This document shows positions 60,378 to 64,000 of a DNA stretch of 64,000 bases, piece after piece. This stretch comes from an uncultured Acidaminococcales bacterium (lineage in GTDB: Bacteria; Bacillota; Negativicutes; Acidaminococcales; Acidaminococcaceae). A program made the position numbers and the translations under genes. Position 1 is the stretch's first letter. Each line of letters begins with the position of its first letter. A model generated the notes under the pieces. It made no database searches, was not told where the DNA came from, and saw only the letters and a list, made by a program, of their open reading frames with translations. The stretch spans positions 5,755 through 69,754 of the forward strand of contig CAXYYS010000001.1 in NCBI GenBank assembly GCA_964293585.1. The letters run 5' to 3'.

Positions 60378-61361
60378 ATGAACGTACGTGAGCTGACAGA
60401 ACAACTGGAAAGCAAAAATTTAAAGACCTGGGCTACACAAAGTGCCGGAGCTGCCAGGGAAACACCTGAGCAGGACGATGATTTACGGACGACTTTTCAG
60501 CGGGACCGGGACCGCATTATTCATTCTCTGGCTTTCCGGAAATTGAAGCATAAAACACAGGTCTATCTGGCTCCCGGCGACCAATACCGGACCAGGCTGA
60601 CTCATAGTATGGAAGTTAGTCAGATTGCGCGTACCATCGGCAGGTCCCTGCGCCTGAATGAGGATTTAATCGAGGCTGCTGCTCTGGGCCACGATTTAGG
60701 ACATACGCCTTTTGGCCATGCCGGGGAAAAGGCCATCACTGATTATTTTGGCCATTTTCATCATAACGAACAGAGCCTGCGGGTAGTCCGTTATTATGGC
60801 CGCAAGGGCCGAGGACTAAACTTGACCCTGCCGGTTCAGGACGCAATCCTGTGCCATACGGGAACTAAGCAGCCGTCTACGCCGGAAGGCGAGGTAGTGC
60901 GTTTTTCTGACCGGATGGCTTATCTTTGTCACGATTTTGATGACGGTTTAAAAGTTGGCATCATCACTTCGGATAAGCTGCCCGGCATGGTCGCCATGCG
61001 TTTGGGTACAGGACCGACCCAGATGCTGGATTTATTAGTGCACGATGTGGTGGCACAATCGCAAGGGCAGCAGCATATTGCCATGAGCCCATATTTTTTG
61101 GAGGCTCAGGAAGAATTTCGCAATTTTATGTTTGATTATGTTTATTTGAGTCCGGTCCTGGAAAAAGAACATACCAAGGCGGCTCATGTGGTGCATTGTC
61201 TCTTGGATCTGTTCCTGGAGCAAAGTCAGCTTTTGCCAGTGGAGGTCCAGTTGTTATTTGACCGTTTCGGCAAACAACAAGCGGTTATTGATTATGTGGC
61301 AGGCTTGACGGATATTGGTGCGATTAACCTCTTTAACAAATACTTTGTCCCAAGAATTTAA
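60378..61361 (+). CDS. dgt: dGTP triphosphohydrolase-like HD-domain protein
   Basis: Motifs F.RDRDRIIHS.AFR.L..KTQV, TRLTHS.EVSQIAR and GHDLGHTPFGH. ATG 60378 follows GAAGGAG. Confidence 0.82.
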   Translation: MNVRELTEQLESKNLKTWATQSAGAARETPEQDDDLRTTFQRDRDRIIHSLAFRKLKHKTQVYLAPGDQYRTRLTHSMEVSQIARTIGRSLRLNEDLIEAAALGHDLGHTPFGHAGEKAITDYFGHFHHNEQSLRVVRYYGRKGRGLNLTLPVQDAILCHTGTKQPSTPEGEVVRFSDRMAYLCHDFDDGLKVGIITSDKLPGMVAMRLGTGPTQMLDLLVHDVVAQSQGQQHIAMSPYFLEAQEEFRNFMFDYVYLSPVLEKEHTKAAHVVHCLLDLFLEQSQLLPVEVQLLFDRFGKQQAVIDYVAGLTDIGAINLFNKYFVPRI

Positions 61362-61443
61362 GATAATTTGCATGAAAAAAAGGATTTTTTTCTTTAATAT
61401 TGAATATATTTAGAAGATAGTAGTGATGATAGAGGAGCTAAAA

Positions 61444-63246
61444 ATGGCAGGTATGAATGATGATTTTAAGGAAAAGGTGCGCCAGAGCTCCGATATTATC
61501 GATGTTATTTCCGGATATGTGCCTTTAAAAAAGAAAGGCCGGGACTACTGGGCTTGTTGTCCTTTTCATGGAGAAAAGACGCCTTCTTTTTCCGTAAGCA
61601 AGGAGAAGCAATTCTTTTATTGCTACGGTTGTCATGTGGGTGGCGATGTCTTTGAGTTTGTCCGGAAGATAGAAAATTGCACTTTCCCGGAGGCTTTAAA
61701 AGTGCTGGCGAACCGTGCGAATATTCCTATTCCTGAGTTTAAGAAGACTGCGGAAGACAGGGCGCGGGAAGCACAGCAGGCCAGCCTGGAACATGTGAAT
61801 GAGATTGCCGCACGTTATTTTGTGGCTTGTCTGCAAAAAACGGCTTTTGGGAAAAAAGCTTATGCCTATCTGCAGGGACGGGGTATTACCGATAAGACCA
61901 TTGCTGATTTTTCCTTAGGTGCAGCTTTGCCCAGCTACCATTCTCTGCTTTTAAATCTGCAGAAACATGGTTGTTCTGTGCAGGATATGGCCCAGGCCGG
62001 GCTTATCCGGGAACGAGAAGGCAGATACCATGACCTGTTTTTTAACCGGGTCATGATTCCTATCAAAGATGCCCGGGGCAAGGTCGTGGCTTTTGGCGGC
62101 CGGGTGCTGGATGACGGGGTGCCTAAATATTTGAATACCGGCGAGACGGCTCTTTTCCAAAAAAGGGAAATCCTGTTCGGTTTGGATATAGCGATTAAGG
62201 CCATCCGTACCAAGAGACTGGCCGTGGTGGTGGAAGGCTATATGGATGCCATCAGTCTCCACGCTGCCGGTATTGATTATGCGGTAGCTTCTTTGGGGAC
62301 AGCTTTTAGCAAGGAACATGCCAAGCTTCTTGCCAGGCTGGTGGACACCGTGGTCTTGTCTTATGATAGTGATGATGCCGGCAAAAGAAATGCCGTACGG
62401 GCTGTAAGTATCTTGAAAGAAGCAGAGGTTCCCGTAAAGGTTTTAACAGTTCCGGAAGTTAAGGATCCTGATGAATATATACGGAAGTATGGTAAGGATG
62501 AGTTCGAAAGGCTGGTGGCTACTGCACTGGACGGTACTGAATTTCAAATCCGCTATACTATCGGGAAAAATAATAATGAGAATTTAGCAGGAAAAGTTAA
62601 AACTGTGTCGAATTTAATACCATTCCTTATTGAGAGTAAAAATGCCATTGCCAGAGCTGGTTATGTGCGGCTAATCGCGCAACTGCTCACGATAGATGAA
62701 GAATTAATCAACGGAGAGTACCGGAGAGCGGCAGGTAAAAATAAAAATGCCGAGGTTGCAGCATTTCCGGCACATAATTTCCGGGAACAGCAAACCCTGA
62801 TGGCCTGGGAACAGGCAGAAAGAAAACTTTTAGGTGTCTTCATCCATGTTTCAGCTTTACTACCTGAGTATCAAGATGAAATTATCCGGATTGGTTTTGT
62901 AAATCCTGCACGGCAGTCTATCTTTACAACCCTGCAATCCTTAGTTGGCAAGTCACAGCAAGAAATTGCCAGTGAGCTTTTCACCAGTGAGGATGAAGGT
63001 GTGAAGCAGGAAGTAGCGTTAATCCTGACAGATGATGTGGAAAATGAGGCTACCCCTGAACGTGCCGGTATCATGGCGCGTGATTGTCTTAAGCAGATGG
63101 AGAAAAATAAGCTGGAAAAAGTGTTTGAAGAACATAGCAGGCAGGCAGATGCTTATGAAAGAGCCGGCGATCCCAGGTTCATGGAAGAACTGCAGAAGAG
63201 CCAGGCTATTAAGGATAAGATAAAGAGGCTTTATGGTGACGACTAA
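61444..63246 (+). CDS. dnaG: DNA primase
   Basis: Zinc finger CPFHGEKTPSF..........YCYGCH; TOPRIM domain (VVVEGYMD, YDSDDAG). ATG 61444 follows AGAGGAG. Confidence 0.93.
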   Translation: MAGMNDDFKEKVRQSSDIIDVISGYVPLKKKGRDYWACCPFHGEKTPSFSVSKEKQFFYCYGCHVGGDVFEFVRKIENCTFPEALKVLANRANIPIPEFKKTAEDRAREAQQASLEHVNEIAARYFVACLQKTAFGKKAYAYLQGRGITDKTIADFSLGAALPSYHSLLLNLQKHGCSVQDMAQAGLIREREGRYHDLFFNRVMIPIKDARGKVVAFGGRVLDDGVPKYLNTGETALFQKREILFGLDIAIKAIRTKRLAVVVEGYMDAISLHAAGIDYAVASLGTAFSKEHAKLLARLVDTVVLSYDSDDAGKRNAVRAVSILKEAEVPVKVLTVPEVKDPDEYIRKYGKDEFERLVATALDGTEFQIRYTIGKNNNENLAGKVKTVSNLIPFLIESKNAIARAGYVRLIAQLLTIDEELINGEYRRAAGKNKNAEVAAFPAHNFREQQTLMAWEQAERKLLGVFIHVSALLPEYQDEIIRIGFVNPARQSIFTTLQSLVGKSQQEIASELFTSEDEGVKQEVALILTDDVENEATPERAGIMARDCLKQMEKNKLEKVFEEHSRQADAYERAGDPRFMEELQKSQAIKDKIKRLYGDD

Positions 63247-64000
63247 ACAGGCTAAGACAAAAAAAGTGCATATAGCGCCTAAAAAGACCCTGCGTTCTCC
63301 CCGTACAACTACCGAGGCAACTGCCACTAAACTGGTCAAAGATACTTCGGTGTTACGTATGCAGGAAGAGGCAGCTGCACGGGAAGCTGTTGCTGAGGAA
63401 CTTGTTCAGGAGAAACCTGAAGCAGCTGTTTCTATGCCTAAAAAAGTAGTCACGGGGCAACATCTGCCCGATAAAAAAACTAAAATTAAGTCTAAGGTTA
63501 AAGATAAGGGAACAATGACTAAAACAAAGAAAACCACACCGGTTGTGAAAGAAGAACAAAATAAGAAGCAGCAGGTTCATACCACCGCGGCAAAAATTGC
63601 TTCTAAGACAGACAAGGATGTTAAGAGCAAAGCTGCTGCAACTGCCTCAAAAAAGGCGGCACCTGTAGCTAAGAAAAACACTGCGTCTAAGAAGACTCCT
63701 AAAAAAGCCCCGAAAGCGGAGACTACTGTTGCCGTTACTACAGATGAAACTGCAGAGAACACTGAGGCTACGGTGCTTACACCGGAGCGTCTGGCAGAGT
63801 TTGATGCCAAAGCTAAGGCCAATGGCGGCTCACTTTCTTTCTCAGAGATTAATGATATTCTGCAGTCAGACGAAAATTCTGTGGAAATTATCGAAGCTGT
63901 CTATGCTTATGCCGCAAAAAAGAATTATGCCATCCTGGATGATACAGAAGAAGATGTGCCGCCTGTCGATGATGATGGCGAGGGCAAAGATGCTGAAAAC
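63233..64000 (+). CDS. rpoD: RNA polymerase sigma factor RpoD/SigA, 5' part, with a long Lys/Ala/Thr-rich N-terminal extension; continues beyond the window
   Basis: The frame is open for 256 codons from ATG 63233 (which overlaps the dnaG end) to nt 64000. It is absent from the ORF track because no stop falls in the window. A region 1.1-like segment (SLSFSEINDILQSDENSVEIIEAVYAYAAKKNYAILDD) begins near codon 198. dnaG-rpoD synteny. Confidence 0.8.
   Translation, partial: MVTTKQAKTKKVHIAPKKTLRSPRTTTEATATKLVKDTSVLRMQEEAAAREAVAEELVQEKPEAAVSMPKKVVTGQHLPDKKTKIKSKVKDKGTMTKTKKTTPVVKEEQNKKQQVHTTAAKIASKTDKDVKSKAAATASKKAAPVAKKNTASKKTPKKAPKAETTVAVTTDETAENTEATVLTPERLAEFDAKAKANGGSLSFSEINDILQSDENSVEIIEAVYAYAAKKNYAILDDTEEDVPPVDDDGEGKDAEN

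Noticed and set aside
63353-63822. Two minus-strand ORFs (75 and 81 aa) at the window end.
   Set aside because: They are mirror frames of the open + strand frame, which continues from the dnaG overlap into recognisable sigma-70 region 1.1. The + strand frame is missing from the ORF track only because it has no stop in the window.
1-64000. A search for tRNA/rRNA genes, CRISPR arrays, transposases, phage integrases or toxin-antitoxin/defence modules, and for a large-scale GC shift (the second half looks more AT-rich in places).
   Set aside because: No cloverleaf-like or rRNA-like stretches were recognised by eye, and no spaced repeat arrays or mobile-element or defence-protein motifs. Local GC varies strongly even within single genes (for example dnaG), and I cannot compute windows reliably by hand, so no compositional-island claim is made.

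Overview
This is a core chromosomal segment of a Firmicute, most likely a diderm Negativicutes-type organism. The taxon is inferred from Firmicute-type housekeeping genes (CodY, RNase Y, a PASTA kinase, ccpN-yqfL-dnaG-rpoD) together with an LptA/OstA-like periplasmic protein and a Selenomonas-type PTP-like phytase. About 62 protein genes are supported, mostly on the + strand.

Gene content, in order:
- priA (3' part), def, fmt, DUF116, rsmB, rlmN, prpC, prkC, rsgA, rpe
- An FMN-riboswitch-controlled rib operon (ribD-ribE-ribBA-[PTP-like phytase]-ribH), followed directly by hslO
- recA (with a LexA box), recX, rny, rpmB, recG, hydF
- An MGDG-synthase-like glycosyltransferase, then dprA-topA-trmFO-xerC-codY
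- An M50 protease, trpS, scpAB, rluB, cmk, plsC, an IspH-S1 fusion
- An idi2/G1P-dehydrogenase-like/PPC operon
- An accessory-looking stretch at about 43-53 kb: secreted class-3 lipase plus partner, PL7-like lyase, MATE, MntH, orphan receiver, lipoprotein, RqcH, secreted unknown
- yicC-remA-gmk-rpoZ-coaBC, SAM-I riboswitch-metK, ccpN-PDRP, an LptA-like gene, dgt-like, dnaG, and the 5' part of rpoD

I recognised no rRNA, tRNA, CRISPR array or transposase/integrase-type mobile element by eye; xerC is the housekeeping recombinase.

The most interesting observations:
- A signal-peptide PTP-like phytase sits inside the riboflavin operon.
- Type-2 IPP isomerase is translationally coupled to a glycerol-1-phosphate-dehydrogenase-like enzyme.
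- A promoter-to-terminator unit (sRNA or attenuator) lies upstream of rny.
- Two essential-type genes (rny, PDRP) have no canonical start codon at the position needed for a full-length protein.
- Several housekeeping proteins carry repeat or low-complexity extensions (L28, RsmB, RpoD).

All functional calls come from motif recognition by eye. No database search was run.
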